This document shows positions 1-15,115 of a stretch of 64,000 bases of DNA, piece by piece (positions within the stretch are counted from its first letter, which is position 1; the number at the start of each line of letters is the position of its first letter). Location of the stretch: the NCBI RefSeq assembly GCF_964355755.1, contig NC_092676.1:5681888-5745887 (forward strand), in the 5' to 3' direction. The notes under the pieces are model-generated. The model had not been told where the DNA came from. It worked only from the letters and a program-made list of their open reading frames with translations, and ran no database searches. This DNA comes from Antedon mediterranea (taxonomy: Eukaryota > Animalia > Echinodermata). A program made the position numbers and the translations under genes.

Positions 1-153
1 AGTTAAGCTGTATAGCCTCTTGTAGTTTTCGTAAATGGATGACTAGAATCGATGATGTATCGGTAAATAGAAAGTATAGCATATCCAAGAGACTTTTAAA
101 AAAATATGATATACATACTACAATACAGCATATATATGCATATACCTACAGTA

Positions 154-335
154 CAGTCAACTCTCCCAATACCTGACACCCTTGGGTCGGCCTAATATAT
201 CTTGTTTTCTGGAAAGTTATTCGGAATGTATTTGTAATGGTAAAAATGAATTTGGGGCTTTTTGAACCTTGATAAAACTCTGGTTTTGGGAGAGTTTCCG
301 GTTTTCAGAGTGTCCGGTATTGGGAGATTCGACTA
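154..335. mobile_element. Tc1/mariner-like MITE
   Basis: TA-flanked inverted ends: cagtcaactctcccaatacctgacac ... gtgtccggtattgggagattcgact. A related left end (tacagtcgactctcccaatac) recurs at ~19352. Confidence 0.6.
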
Positions 336-1344
336 TATATACAGTACTTTCTGTATTGGTAAAGTACAATGTTGATATCTGTGTGATATATGGATAGTTC
401 AAAATTCTATGTTAACTCTATCTCCAATTGCGATTGCTAAATATTTATGCGCTAGAATTCATAAGCGAATTATCTTGTTGATAATTATTAGAGTCCTGAA
501 TTAGAGTATCGCGATCAACATATTCTTTTTAACTTCTTGGATATTAAACTGAACTTTATTTCCTGTGCTAGATTTCTAGCAGTATTAGGTCAACAGGAAG
601 TATTTAGTATTCTTCTGGGAAAAATAATTAGAACAATATTTCTACTTTAACTACTCATTTTAAAACATACAAGACAATTTAGATGTTAGCAACCCTTAAA
701 AGGGTTTAAGCTACACTAAAATGTACATGTCAACTTGTCTATACAACTCTTGTATATTTATTTTTAATTCATTAGTTTTAATTCATTCTGATTTGTTCAT
801 ACACTACAGTATGAAACTTAGATTATTATTATTATTTTTAAACCCCTAATTGATTCCTTTTCAGTGAAAAAATATGTCCAATGAATTATAATACTATTAT
901 AATTATATATAATTATATCTGGAATTATGTCAGTGTACTGTTTCCTTTAAGGACTGGTTTCTGCTTTGGACCATTGTTTAATCTTTCTTAAATAATGGAA
1001 AAAAGAAATGATTTTGCAAGCCATAGAAAAGTGAATCATCATCATTAGTCAGGTCATTGTATATGATCTGTTTATGTTCAATAGGCCTAGATCCAATTAT
1101 TTATTCATCTAACCTATTTAAACTCTAAGGACTGAACATAAGAAAGGGTACTGGAGGGTGTAACCTCTGTGGTATTTAGAACAACTATGTAATTTAACAT
1201 TAACTTTAACTACCGATGTAAGCAATGTATAAAGATGTTATTACAGCAGAAGCTCAGATAGTAGTACCGATAAATGGGTTTAGATGGGTGGTGGATTATT
1301 TCCATTGGTACTGTATTGAGTTGGTCGCAACATGTTGATATGGT

Positions 1345-1715
1345 ACTGTAGGAGAATAAGTGTGACTGAGTAGGGAAAAAGTGAGGGAAATGCAGGAGAA
1401 AAAGTATGAGAAGAAAGTGTAGAGAGATAATAGATGATGAGGAAGATATTGAAAGAAAGCAGTGGGGGCCCTGGAGGAGAAAGGCGAAAGGGAAAGTTAA
1501 AAGTGTAGGGAAAAGGTGCGAAGGAGAGAACGGAGAGAAGGGGAAGGAGAAGGGGCGGAGAAGACTGAAAGAGAGCGAAGGGGAGGAGATAGGCAAGGTA
1601 CTGTAGTAGCAGTAGGGAAAGGAGAGAATGGATAGAAAAGAAGGTAAGACTGAAATGAGGAGGTACAGTAGGAGAGAGACGGAAAAATATGTTTAGGGAA
1701 AGGTAAGACTGAGGA
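1345..1715 (+). repeat. Purine (GA)-rich low-complexity tract
   Basis: Strong A/G strand bias, which explains the S/F/L/P-rich and E/K/G/R-rich spurious ORFs. Confidence 0.75.
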
Positions 1716-2624
1716 CATGTTAAAGATACTGTAGCCAATAATGGAGTGACTAAAAATTAAGCATAAAAGCACTTTTAAAGGCTTAATTCGTGTAAGGCCA
1801 GATTGGGGAAAGACGACGGGAGCTTACAGTACTGAATACAGGTGTTTTGTATGGCCATTGATATTCAAATGTTTACCTATTTCCATAATGATTGTCTATT
1901 GTTTATAGACAATATTTCATTTTTACATTTTAAAGTTTATTTTAATTGTTGATTTAAGATTTTGCAGTCTTTGTATCTTTAATGGTCTATTTAATCTTTT
2001 CTACTTTGATATAGAATATTCCATTACAACAAAATAATACAACTTTATTCTTCTGGCTAATATAATTTATAGATCATTCATTCTATTATTAAAATTAATA
2101 CTTAATAACAGAAATATTTGATGACAGTCGGTACACTGACATGAGAGTGCAGCGATGCGTAACCATAGGAGTCGGGAGGATGAATCATAGTAATATTGAT
2201 TAATTTATTAATATTATTAAATGAATGATAGATTAATGAGCATTTGGATTTTGGTATTAAGAAGCTGCAGGAGATATTGAAATCAATATCATATTGATTA
2301 TGATTTGTACTAATTATGATGTTATGAACTGTCTGTTTAGAAATGTAACCTACATCTTGTTAAGGGGCTTTCACACTGACGTTTTTGCCAACATGCATCA
2401 ACAGTTTACAAAAACGCTGGCATCCACTGAACTTTTGATGTCATAAGGGTTCCTTTTTAAAACTTAAATTCATTCATTTTCAGTGTTTAAAATACGTTGA
2501 AGTAAATGTATACACTGAACTTGATGATTTCAGGTTCATTGAATTTTGAAGGCTCTCCAATACATTCCTTTTATATCTCGTTACCCATAATGCATCGCAT
2601 TATAGTCCAGAAGATTCCAGACAC

Positions 2625-2850
2625 TATCCAGTCCCTAGCCACAGAGTACCCCCTTTTTTTTCGTCTCTGTCATAGAGCACCCTTTCTTTAAAATGCCCTT
2701 ACCACAGAGTACCCCTTTCTTTCTTTTCGTCCCTGTCATAGAGCATCTTTTCTCTAAAATGTCCTTACCACAGAGTACCCCTTCTTTTCGTCCCTGTCAT
2801 AGAGCACACTTTCTTTAATATACTCTTATCACAGAGTGCCCCTTTTTATG
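2625..2850. repeat. ~60-65 bp tandem repeat, ~3.5 copies
   Basis: Recurring ccacagagtaccc...tttcgtc(c/t)ctgtcatagagca. Confidence 0.75.
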
Positions 2851-3704
2851 GGATGCCCCTATGTTGTACAAAGACAGTCATCCTTTAGATTCTTTAATCA
2901 TTGATACAGTTTAGAAGTTGCTACAGTAGGTATTCCATAGCAGGAGGGCAAACAATATCCTTGCATCTGTTTGGCAAAAGCTTAAGTTGCAGCATAAGTG
3001 AATTACAAAGTTAGTGTTAAGATACGTTCCAATTAATCCTATCTTAGCAGTGTAGATATTTTAAGACAGGTGAGTTAGATAGGTCTGGATGATTTGATTG
3101 CTCGTTTCACACCTGCGAGTAATTATTTAAAGAGACAGTAACTCCTCTTGTGAAGTTCATTTTTAAATGTTTAACTTTGGAAATGCTGCTCATTTTCAGA
3201 ACACCTGTTTTGGTCTGTGCCTATAAACACAGGGTTAATTTGTAAAGGTCATCAGACAAGGATCAAGTACTGATGACCATAATGTACAAGGTCATTTATA
3301 AGTACTTAAGGTCATGACCAAATAACCATGGTTCACATGAATCTAGTTAATATAGTATTAGTAAAATGAACAATTTGATGCATTTAAATTTGTTCAGAAG
3401 AAATTTATTGGAAACAAAAAGTTGAAGATTAGATTTCTGATGTACAGTAGTGCATTAATTTGTTTACATCAATCATGCATAATAACTTTAATGTGATGAT
3501 GTCAACTGTACTGTTTAAATGTTGGGCTATATGTTCAGACTAGTGACTTAATATATATGTTGTAATGGAATATATTCATTTATATGAATACTTTACACAA
3601 ACAATATAAACATCGCGTATATCTTTTGCTATAAATAAATTTGATGACGATGTGTTTACAAAATGGCATTTTCGCTACTTTTCGATGGAGCAAAATAGAG
3701 GTAT

Positions 3705-3960
3705 CCTTAGTTTTTGCTCCAAAACAACCGTTTAAATCAGTGAAAGGTCGCTGACAAAAATCGTGGGAATTACCCAAAATGCAATTGGTCCTGGTGGTTA
3801 ATTCAAACGTTAATGCTGTGACTCGATGTCAGCAGTCGTATAGTTTTGTGTTGCAGCTAAAAGTTTCCCAGCAAAAACCTGTTAAATGGCATTCTAACAC
3901 CAAATTGAATGGTTGTTTTTAACCTGTTATTTTGCTCTGCCTTTTAACCGGTTACCACAA
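3705..3960. repeat. Dispersed repeat (probable DNA-transposon relic); inverted copy at ~31075-31355
   Basis: cccaaaatgcaattggtcctggtggttaattcaaacgtt and ttttgtgttgcagctaaaagtttcccagc are reverse complements of sequence at 31200-31295. Confidence 0.75.
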
Positions 3961-5875
3961 AATTTTCCAAGAAATTGGAGATAATTTATTCACAACCTTT
4001 TTAACCAGTTATTTTTAGGCATCAGAAACAGGACCATAAAAATGGTATGTGACGGTAGGCAGTCTATATACACGTACTGTACAGCACATGATGTTATGAC
4101 AACATTTAAATTTAATAGTGTTTTTCTTTTATGACGACATATATTTAATTTGTTGCTATGGTAACTTATTACATCGTTTATTCTCTCAGTTGGTTGTCCA
4201 TGTTTTATCAAACAACATTTTAAAGTTTTTAATTTACCGACACAAATGAACGCTAGTGTAGTCTGTTTAAATTAATATTAAATTTAATTAAGTATGCATT
4301 GAATTAGAGTCTAAAGTATCTCCTAATTATAAATAAAAGCCTGAATACACTACAATATTAAGTGTATTTTTTGTTTTACCAACATTTCTAAAATGGTCAA
4401 TATCAGTTCCACAACTTCCTATATTTTTGTACAGTATGTTCAAATCTGTTAAAACATCAAGAATTTGGATAGGCACATAAAATTCTACTTTTTAGTAATT
4501 TCTTATTTTTTAAATTATTTTATTAATATTTCTTAATAATTAGATAAATAAAGAAAAAGATGCCAGGAACGAAACATGATACACATTTAAAATTTAGTAG
4601 TTTTTGTAAAAGTCATCCGAAGTAAACAAAAATTCAAATTTAATTAACCATATTTGGAAAATGTTCTATGACTATAGGGTATTTTGAAAATTGTCTTTGA
4701 CCATATATGGAAACTGTTCTTTTGACCATATTTGGGCAATTTTCTTTGACCATATTTGGAAAAGAAGTCTGTACAATCAATCAGTCTAAACTAATAATAT
4801 TTATTTTCTATGATGATATTTTTAAACTATTGAGCCAGGATAATATCTTTAGGTTGTTTTGCCTACTCTGGTCCCAGCAGACCATTTTATTACTAAGGTC
4901 AAGCCTCTCTTTATTCATACATTTGACAATGACCTGCTGAGAACTGTCTGTGATCTGAACATTTCACCTGGTCTATTCTAGGTGACCAGGCATGCTTGGT
5001 TAGTTGCACTGTCTTTTTGTCTTTTCACTAATGGTATGTAGTCAGCAAATCAGGCTTTTCATGAGGTCCAAAAGGTCCCAAATTGTTGTTTTTACTGTTG
5101 AAAACCTACTGTAGAAATATTTAGGCCAGCTCAATGGTGTCTGGTATTTGGAAAGCTTTACTTTTAGTTGAGATGCTTTAGACAAGTTTAGTTAGGCTGA
5201 ATATTTATTTACATCCATGTTATGCAATATTCTTAGGAACCATGTAAAAATTATTTATTATTTATTACAGTACTATTTTGTTTACTCTTTGACCTTATGC
5301 AAGTATTTAGCAAACATTTTTTTCATAATCATACACACTGTTTATTGTAGCCACTGCCTCAAACATCTTAAATTTGTAAAAGCATACTGTGCATTGCTGC
5401 AGTAAAAAGATTTAGTTACTTCAGTAACTGCAGTAGGCCTACAGTAGAATAATTTTGACATATCCCATAAAAATAATCATGTACTGTATTTTATCAAATG
5501 TGATTGAAAAGAAGGTCCCAAATGTGGTTCCTTCAAGAGAATGAAGAGGAAGAAAGAGATACAGTAGGAAGGAGGAGGGAGAGATAGGATTTCAGAGAAG
5601 TATAATAAGTCAAGTCTAGATAGTCTGCTTTGAAAGCTAATCAGATTAGCAATTCCCAGATTTACATTTACGACAACGCCATTGATTAAAGTTAGATCAA
5701 TTGTGATTTAGGCCGACATATTTAAGTAATGTTATGTACAGTATGTTGTGATAATGGTATAATATGCAAATTGTGATATATGATATTGAAATACATTAAT
5801 TAACCTTTATCAGAACAATATTACATTACATGATCTTTATAAAACTCCTCTGTACTTTCTGTGAGTTGGAACCTG

Positions 5876-6043
5876 AAGCTCTGTCTTCACTATCAAACTA
5901 GTTTGACAAAAAAGTATGATTTGCCCAAATATGATAGTAATATGCTTAAATATGGTAGTGCTATGACATCATTTATCATGTCCATATATGGGCACATCAC
6001 ATTTTTGTTGTCAGATAAAGTTTGATAAGTGTAGACAGAGCTT
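5876..6043. mobile_element. Palindromic MITE family A, copy 1
   Basis: aagctctgtct(a)cactatcaaact ... agtttgat(a)agtgtagacagagctt inverted ends, with an internal tgtgatgtgccca/tgggcacatcaca-type IR. Five copies in the window. Confidence 0.85.
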
Positions 6044-7584
6044 GTAGCAGTTACTGTATTCCTTTAAAGGTCAACGTCTTGTTTTGAGACAGTACGCATG
6101 ACACACTGTTCTATGTAGACTGCCTCATAAAATTGTACTGTACACTCAACTACTAAAAAAAGTTAGTTACTGCAGTAGTACAATAATTTTGACATGATCC
6201 CTAAATTGCTTTGATGCTCAATTATAATGTGTAAAAAACAGAAAAGAAACCGTGTTCTTTTCCTTTGCTTTTATTGAATTACAAAACGTGTTACATCTGA
6301 TATCAAAATGCATTACCGAATCTGATATTTAAAGCATCAGTTAATTTAATTAAGAAATGAAGATTGTTTAAATGTTAACTGCAGTACTGTGGTTTGATAT
6401 GGCCTTACTATATTAGCTACAGTATATTCTGATAAGGTTTCACTACAAATACGTTAAAAGGGCATTTTTTTAGTTATAAATTGTCATGCCTCATGCCTAC
6501 ACTAATATTGATACTTTATCATTTAATTTAATTACACACAAAAGGTTAATGTTTACGAAGGCCTATGTTTACATACTATACTGTGTACCTTTTAACATAG
6601 TTAGAATTGATATGGTTTCTGCGCAGATATCAAAAACCTTTCGTTATGTACTGTAGGAAACAGAGTTGGCATTATGAACATCGGGGAAATTAAATTTCCT
6701 TTACGAATGAGCTATCTGACCTCTAAAACGTTTCTAGCAATTTCTGCTCAATGATTTTAGTCACACACGGTAAGGATTGAGTGATCGGAATGAATACATT
6801 GGAATGAGAGGGTAACACTCGTTGCTGGAGTTATTTTAAAAAGGTATTTTAGTTAAGTGATAAGATAATATGAATTATCAATGTATGTACAGTTGATGTG
6901 AGTGGACAGATGCGATTAATGTGTCATTATGAAACAACTTTCATCTAGAGTGTACAGTAGTTAGTAAATTTAATTGATGCAACGTTTGTATGTGTAAATA
7001 TTATTCTTAACTTACTATCAAGAACAAGAAATATTCTTTACATTATACTGTATTTGATTCACCACTAGTATGTGTCTAGGCAAATATAACGTTTTATTGT
7101 TATAACATGTGCTTCTGTATCATGAAAGTTTCTTACAAAATACTGAACAAATTAAACAATATTATTATCCAGAGGACCATTGATGTGTCTGATTTGATTC
7201 CAAGGTCATATTATTAAACTTTTTAAAGTTTACATAACATACCTTTTCATACTGTGCAAAACATAATATTTAACAATACTGTAAATATGTTTAAAGAACA
7301 AACAAAGCCAATGTTTTCGATAATAATGTTTTCGATAATAAAAAGCAACCAGTTAAATTTTTGACTTTATACACCCCTCTTAAAAATAGCCTTGTAAATT
7401 AACAATTTTTCAATCTTCTCTTCCATTTGGTGCTTTGTACTTTGTTAATTTTATTCATTTGTTCTTGAGAATTGTTACATGATGGTTACGAAAATGTCAA
7501 TCTTTTTTGTCAATAAATTTTATTTTTAAAGTTATATAGTAAACTGTCTCTTAATTTCTTCTTATTTACTACAAACTGTTTTTA

Positions 7585-7855
7585 CATTAGCTGGAGGTTT
7601 TATTACATTACTGTAGCTGGAGGTGTTTCTACATTAGCTGGAGATGTTTCTACATTAGCTGGAGGTGTTTCTACATTAGCTGGAGGTTTTACTACATTAG
7701 CTGGAGGTTTTACTACATTAGCTGGAGGTTTTATTACATTACTATAGCTGGAGGTGTTTCTACATTAGCTGGAGGTGTTTCTACATTAGCTGGAGGTGTT
7801 TCTACATTAGCTGGAGGTTTTACTACATTAGCTGGAGGTTTTACTACATAAGCTG
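7585..7855. repeat. 21-bp minisatellite (ctacattagctggaggtgttt), ~12 copies
   Basis: Directly visible tandem units. Confidence 0.9.
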
Positions 7856-9197
7856 TTTGTGTTTATACATTAGCAGTGGAGTATTCTACAGTACATTAAC
7901 GATTGTTACTACATTAGCTGGCATTTTCTACATTACAAGTTCTAATAACACTCTTAAAATTACCCTTGTAAATACAAAAATAATGGTGTTTTTTTCAATT
8001 TTCTTATATTATATTCCCACTCCTGTCTACAGTGTCTGGAGCATGCAGTAGATTTTAATCCTTATTAAAGGAGACACCTTTGGGGCTTAACAAATCTCCC
8101 TTTAATAGAGGTGTCCCAAAAGAACGGTTTAGGCTAGCAAAGATTTAATTGTTCCCATAAAAAAAAACAACATTGAATATACTCAACATAATTCTCTTTA
8201 GTAGGCTTAGCCTCATTTCAGATTTTACATGTAAAATGTAATATTAGTAATCGGGTAAATTGCATAGTACTGGAAAGTTGCTTTGCATGTGATTTGATTT
8301 TCCGATTTGTACTTGTGCCCGAGGCCAACAAGGCAGTGTCCTTAAAAGATGTTTATTCCATTTTACGGTTCAGCGACATTAACAAAATAATGGTCAAGAT
8401 GTTTGGCAGAATGAACATTGGTACTATAGGATACCAAATTTTATCTCTAAATATCTATTGTTCCCAAGGTGATAATTTGGAAACTGTAAATTTTGTTGTA
8501 GGCAGAATTGATTTGGAAATGATGAGGTAATTCTTTGAATTTTGAAAAAAAGTTGTAGGAAATAATTGTGTGTTTGTGTAACAACAACAACAATGTATTT
8601 CATCCTCATTAAGGAAATAAGAACACATACAACTACTGTATATTGTATTTCAGATATCACTTATATATGACAAATAGGTTTATGCACATTGATACATAAT
8701 TTTAAAAAATGTACCGTTTAATACAAATATTTTTTAACTTGAAAGGTAAAAAAAAATGTACTATTAAAAGAAGCATTAAGGCCTACACTCACAGAAAAAA
8801 GTAAATCACAAATTGGACATTTTTCAATTAGTCATTCATAGTGCAATAATACACTATTGCATGGTATGTATCCCAATCATTAAAAATAGGAGAAGAAGGC
8901 ATAGCACATGATACAAAGTCAACCAATCAAATGATTGTAGATGTGTATACACAAACTATACAGTATTAGAGTTTATTGTAGAAGTAGAGTTGAACCAAGG
9001 ACCCTGGAATTAAGTGACAAGTTTTGCTTAATAATAATAATAATCAAGCACTTCTATCATTCACTAGTTAGTCCCCATGCAATAGTACACTAATGCACAG
9101 TGAATGTATCCCCAACCGTTAAAATGGGAGGAGAAGACGAGGGATTGCAAGTCTGTATTACAAGCTTTGCTTCTTAAAAATATGAAACAACACTCCT

Positions 9198-9349
9198 AAG
9201 CTCTGTCTACACTATCAAACAAGTGTGATGTGCCCAAATATGGTAGTGCTATGCCCACATATGGTAATAACATGACATCATCTTCGCTATATATGGGCAC
9301 ATCACATTTTTTGGTTGCATAAAGTTTGATTCAGTAGTGTAGACAGCTT
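9198..9349. mobile_element. Palindromic MITE family A, copy 2
   Basis: Same termini and internal IR as 5876-6043. Confidence 0.85.
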
Positions 9350-11897
9350 AAGGGAATAAGTTAACAGCTTTTCACATCAAGGTTGAACGCCTTAATTATT
9401 ACGGTATGCTCTGATCCACTTTGGTAAAAGGGGCTTGCTGTCGTCAAGGGATTTTATGTGTCATGGATTCATCTTTACCTCATTGATTTAGGTAATTTAT
9501 ATGCTTATGGTTCAAATGTCAAGTTTTTACTTTTGTCTTGTATTTTTAGTAATTATTAAAAAAAAAATTTGAATGCTGAAAGTTTATCTGAGGACACTGT
9601 TTTAAAAACTGTTTTTGTGGAGTACAGTAATTTTGAATCGCAATGGGATCATGGTCTCAATTGACCTTTGAAGGTCAAATAAATTTGCGAAACATTTTAG
9701 TATTATCTCTGTGGATAACATATGACATTATTTTAACAAACCGGTTTTATACCGTACAATATACGTCATAAAAATTTAGCTGTCAATGCCATCATCATCT
9801 ATAAACATACTACCAAAATCGGTTTTGACGAAAATTGTTTACGCTATCACACTGTAATTAGTTATATGTACTTTCGGAATTTATTTATAAGTGTATACAG
9901 TATTTATATTAATATTGAAGAGAGCAAGTGTAGATAATCTGATAGCACCATCTGTATACATAACTTGTATGACACCTTTTAATATTCAGCACCTGACGAA
10001 GATATATCACTTTGTCATTACCTATAGATATTTGATACAATATAAGTACAGTGTTATGATGATATAATATAAATATGATATATATGATATGAACTGCATT
10101 AATGAAAGGATACTCCTATGAAGGCCGTGTAATGTGATATCTGTTTAATACAATTATGTATCCATATTTCTATGGATCAATAATTTGCATTTGTTTAAAA
10201 GATTTCGGTCTTATTGTTTATCTGATCTAGTTTAAAACTAATTAATCATACTATGTCAATCACAGAAATGGTAGTCATCTTGAAAACCAACCAAACATTA
10301 TTGATATAGAAAACAAAATAAATAACCAGAGAAAAGTAAAATTTGCTTTTCTCTGATGTAATTTCAACATTCATAATAATTCACATTCAAAGTGACATTT
10401 ATTTACTTCAAAAAATGGCAGTAACAAGATGTAGGTAAAACAATAAATGAAGAAGGCATGTCCAAAAAAGCAGAAACACATGCCTATAGGCAAAGATGAT
10501 ATTTAAACAGATAGATAAAAATGTAAAGAGAAAAAAACACAAAAAATATCATATACATAACATAGGTGACTTACGACATATTTAGTTTGCATTGCCATTA
10601 ATTTGGATTTCAGTACTTTTAAAAAATTTAAGTGAAAGACCAGATTCTCACTGTAATATGTTCATTTATAAAATGTGCCATAACAAATTAAAAAAACTAT
10701 CCTCTCTTTTAATCGATTAAAACGACCTCATAGTTCACTAGAATGCTGGACCCCATTCAGTCAATTATAGTTTGCAACCCCTTGCCTGTTATTTTTACAA
10801 AGGCTGGATCCACTGTCCATGAATCTGCTTGCAGCACTTTCTTGCAATTTTAAATTTTAGCCTTAATAAAGTTTTCCCAATTTTACTGTTAACACTAAAC
10901 ACTACAGTTTTTCAGAATTAACACTGGGTGGTTTTCTATAGAGCTCTGCTCTCTTTAAATGCATTAAAATTCACTTTTCTGTTAGGTAACAGTCTAAAGA
11001 TTTATGTGTGTTTCAAATTCTCGTTAGCAGCTGTTTAAAAACTACTTAACAGTTATGTAAAATACATATTGCTCATATGAAATATTACTTATGATATACC
11101 AAGAGAACTGTTATATAAGTGTATTATATTACTTTAAATCCTTTGCAAATCTTTTGTGAATTATTAATAGGGTTTTTGTCTGATGTAATATCAAGTCTAG
11201 AGAAGTATACAAAGTGTTGCATGTTTCTGCTGGGAAAAAATAACTGCTTAATAATCGTGTGAATAAATTGAAAATTTCTTGGAGAAACAAGTTTTAAATA
11301 ACTGGTTTTAAATTATTGAATTTGATAAATTTTTATTTAACAGTTTTTCACTGATACTACTTTTATATTTGTATATGTAAAATAACGAATATTTGATTAA
11401 CTGCTCAACTAGTACCATTTTGGACATTTGACTGCATAGGCATATTGCATTTTGGGTAATGTTAACCACCCACTGATTTTAAAAAACAATTTTTTGGGGA
11501 GTACAAATTTAGAAGATATAAATTATATATTTTTGAAACGTATTTTAATGGGTATTCGCCATAATACAGGAGAAACTGGCCAAGAGAAATGTTGAAATCT
11601 CTTGAAAATATTATTAACATAGCTAGTAGAATCTGTTGACAAGATACATATTTCTATCGTAAAATCCCTATTGTATTAACAGCAGTTAGTTCTGGTATGT
11701 TTAATTTGCTTATTAATGTCAGCTATTTGCGTAATGGTATCTTAGTAACACAGATGCTATGCAAATTATCTTTAGACCACATGTTGGTTGGTTTGTTATT
11801 TTTTGTTGAATAATTCTTGTTGTATGTATTGCATTTATATCGTCTAAAAACTGAATCGAGAATTTAAAATAAAAAATTATACTTTGGGTATAAAAAT

Positions 11898-12150
11898 TGT
11901 GGCCCTGTGGCTTGGTGATTGACATGCTTGCTTAATAATCCCATGATCATTGGTTCAAATCCTATGCTCCACTACCCAAGCCTTTGGGTAATACAGTAGG
12001 TTTAAAAAGCATGGGTTTCCCATTGTGTGTTTGGCGAGTTTCGCTTACTGTTGGATCAGGGCTGTAGCCACCGGTTTGGTTCGTATTGGTTTCAACCTGA
12101 CCACTTTCACAGCCTGTGGCCCGAACAGAGATTGTTCCCTTTATGGATGG
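11898..12150 (+). mobile_element. Possible degenerate tRNA-derived SINE
   Basis: A-box-like tggcttggtg and B-box-like ggttcaaatcc at tRNA-like spacing in a locally GC-richer segment. Confidence 0.35.
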
Positions 12151-12790
12151 GGATGAAAGTACATCAACATTTAGAGTGAACCTACTGTACCACATTTTCA
12201 TTCAATAACAAAGAAATTCACAGTAAAATCAAAATTGAAATGTTTTGCACTGTTTATAGATATTATAATGATGTTGTTCATTTCTTACTAAAATCCCTGC
12301 TGATGTCCGTAGCACTAGGTTAATAAACAGATCAATTGTTAATCCCGTATCCCAGCTGGTTGCGAAATCCAGGTGTAAAAGGTTGCTATCCATCTCGTAA
12401 ACTCAACCATTATTTTGATGGGGTCAGGCGTAAACTGGTGTGCTACCCATTTACACCAATATTCTTGTCTATTTTTATTACTTCTTAACAAAAGAAGATG
12501 AGTCAGTCAATTGTCATATATTTATTCATGAAGGGTTGTCAGAAAGTTTGACCCATTTTTCTAGTATCAATTGTAAAACTAAAACCTTTCATTTGTTTGT
12601 TAAAAGTCAGTTGTTTGTGTTTGGTAAGTAAGTAAAAGTTCAGTAACAGTTTAGAAGGTGGGGCCTTTTAGTATTTTATATAAATCATTTATTTAAACAA
12701 AATATTTTTATTATACTATATTAAAAAAGCAGTGCATTTTAAAGTGAATATTCTTTTTAGAAATGCAAGCACTTTTGTTGTCAGAAGTAA

Positions 12791-13090
12791 GGGCGTGTGG
12801 TGCAGTGTGTTAGACGCTGGATTACAGATCGTGAGGTCGTGGTTCGAATCTAACTATCGCCACATTGCTTGTATCCTTAGGCAAGGCACTTTACTTACAT
12901 TTGCCTCTCCCCACCCAGGTGTAATAAATGGGTACCCAGTTAGATCAAGACACAACTTTGCACTGATTACTAGCTGTATTGGGAGTATGTTTCCATACAT
13001 TTTTGATCAAAAAAATGACCGGGGTAATAGTGCTCGTCACTCATGAAAAGGGCACGATATAAATGTGGTATTATGATTATTATATTATTA
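12791..13090 (+). mobile_element. tRNA-derived SINE
   Basis: tRNA-like head (A box tggtgcagtgtg, B box ggttcgaatc), CORE-like central segment (tccttaggcaaggcactttact...aaatggg), (tat/tta)n tail. Confidence 0.75.
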
Positions 13091-14533
13091 GCAAGAGAAT
13101 TTGGGATATGAAGTGATTAAAAGTTGCAACAGAGTTCTCAACTTTTACCTATAATTGATTTATTTATGTATTTTAATTTTACGATGACACTTTGTTGAAT
13201 TCCTGATTTTACTGTTTATTCATACAGTACCCATTTATACTCCTTGGTGTGATGATGTGTTTAAGATTTAATTGATGGATGACAGTGCCCTGTGTGCATT
13301 TCTTGCAAAAGGTGTTTGTACTTTGCTGATTCCAACGAGGGATGATTGCATTAATAATGTATTGTGTTGTATGATATCAGCATCCTGTTGGTTGTTATCA
13401 TGTCATGTGGGGAAATGTTGTTAATATCATTAGTATGTACTTTATTCAATTATGCTACAGTACATCTCATTTCTGTCTGTTCTTTTGTTTGAGTTTGAAT
13501 ATATTATATTCTATACAAGTCTTTATATGACGTCTTCCTTATTATAGCTTATTCTTATTAACTCAAAATTATTTTTACTAACAAACATATACTAATACTA
13601 TATTTATATGCCTAGTGTGTAAACATTATTGACATAATTTCATTATACATCCACATACAGTACAACAATTTTTTCAATCTTCTATCAACTAAAAGTCGTA
13701 GTTAGTCATGTCTCGGGTCACATTCTATGGTCACCGTACAGATAGGCTACTACATCAGTACTTCTGTGAATGAATGACTAGTTGGTGACAAGAACGCTAG
13801 TTGGTCATACCTAGTACCGTTTTGATTTTACGATCATTCGAAAAACCACCTCACAAAGAACAGAGCGCCTAACAATACTTATATATGGATCGATATACAA
13901 ATGGTTATCATCCTCAAACTGGTGACCATCCACCACCCACCATCACCAACACTCAATATATTTTGCCTTTTTTGAAAGATTAAAATTAATAGTTTTCCTC
14001 CATTACATGCCAGTAACCACTACTAAAATAACGCAATCATAGCAATAATTGATGGATATTTTCTTTCTTTTTTTGGACACAATTATTTAATTGCTATCTT
14101 GCAATTTTCATTCTGAGGGACATATTTAGGCCTACAGTAGTTCTATATTCGTCACTAATGCATACAACTGTCTGTTATTGATTATTTGTTAAGATCGAAA
14201 TCAAAAACAATTCATTTATTGAGACCACAACTGAATTGTCTAAACTTCAAACAAAAGCATTGTAAAGATGTCTATTTGTCCTTTTTCTCAACATACCACA
14301 TTGTGTTGGTTTAAGTATTGTTTATTCAGTTCTGTGTATGCTGAAAGTAAACATTTTGAATAGTGAGTCATGATAGAAAGTGAATGTATTTGGATCCTGC
14401 CGGAATTGCGCAACAACCTCTCGTAACTCAATTGACGATGTACCCAAGTGTCTGTTAAATCTGTTGAAAATGAGAAGCTACTATTGCGAATAACATTAGA
14501 TCTTTCTATCTAAGAAATACAGTAGAGACTTAA

Positions 14534-15115
14534 AGCTCAGGTACAGGCATGAATTTTAAATATATCTGGTTAATTGTACATAAATAAAATATTTGTAATG
14601 GAAATCATGACGAAAAAACATGAATTACCCTTAAAATGGTCGAATACAAAATTCTGCTATAAAAACAAAGAAGACTTTTTTTCATTAGTTAGGTAATTTA
14701 ACCTAATGTAATCTCATGACTCCCTAGAAGGTGAAAAAACGGATTGTGGATATCCGGTGGATAATTTTTGCTATAAGCATGAAAATAAAACTCTGAAGTT
14801 GAATAAAAATACTAGAAATTAAAAATTCAAGTTATATTGCCTATACTTAGTCATCTGATAACATTTTTTACCACAATGTTTTATTTTTCACAGTTTTTTA
14901 AAAATGCCTCTCTATTTACAACATTTGTGTATAAAAGAATAGAGATTTTACTGTGTAATTTGAACTTCCTCCCACTGATAAGAAAGTGCTTATTTTCAAC
15001 AAACTGGTGTAACACAAATAAAATCCCAAAACTTATGAAACATAGGGGAAACTATAGATCGTTGATAGTTATTGGAATGTATGATCAATAGAACTTTTTT
15101 GCCCGTACCTGGCCT
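14534..15115. mobile_element. Non-autonomous TIR element with TTAA target site (Kolobok-like)
   Basis: ttaa|agctcaggtacaggca ... tgcccgtacctggcct|ttaa. AG...CT termini with TTAA fit Kolobok better than piggyBac (CC...GG). Confidence 0.65.

Noticed and set aside
1210-1772. Overlapping ORFs of 66-152 aa
   Set aside because: Low-complexity purine tract; biased composition with no recognisable domain.
12791-12870. Functional tRNA gene
   Set aside because: A and B boxes are present but no clean cloverleaf; it continues into a SINE body and tail.
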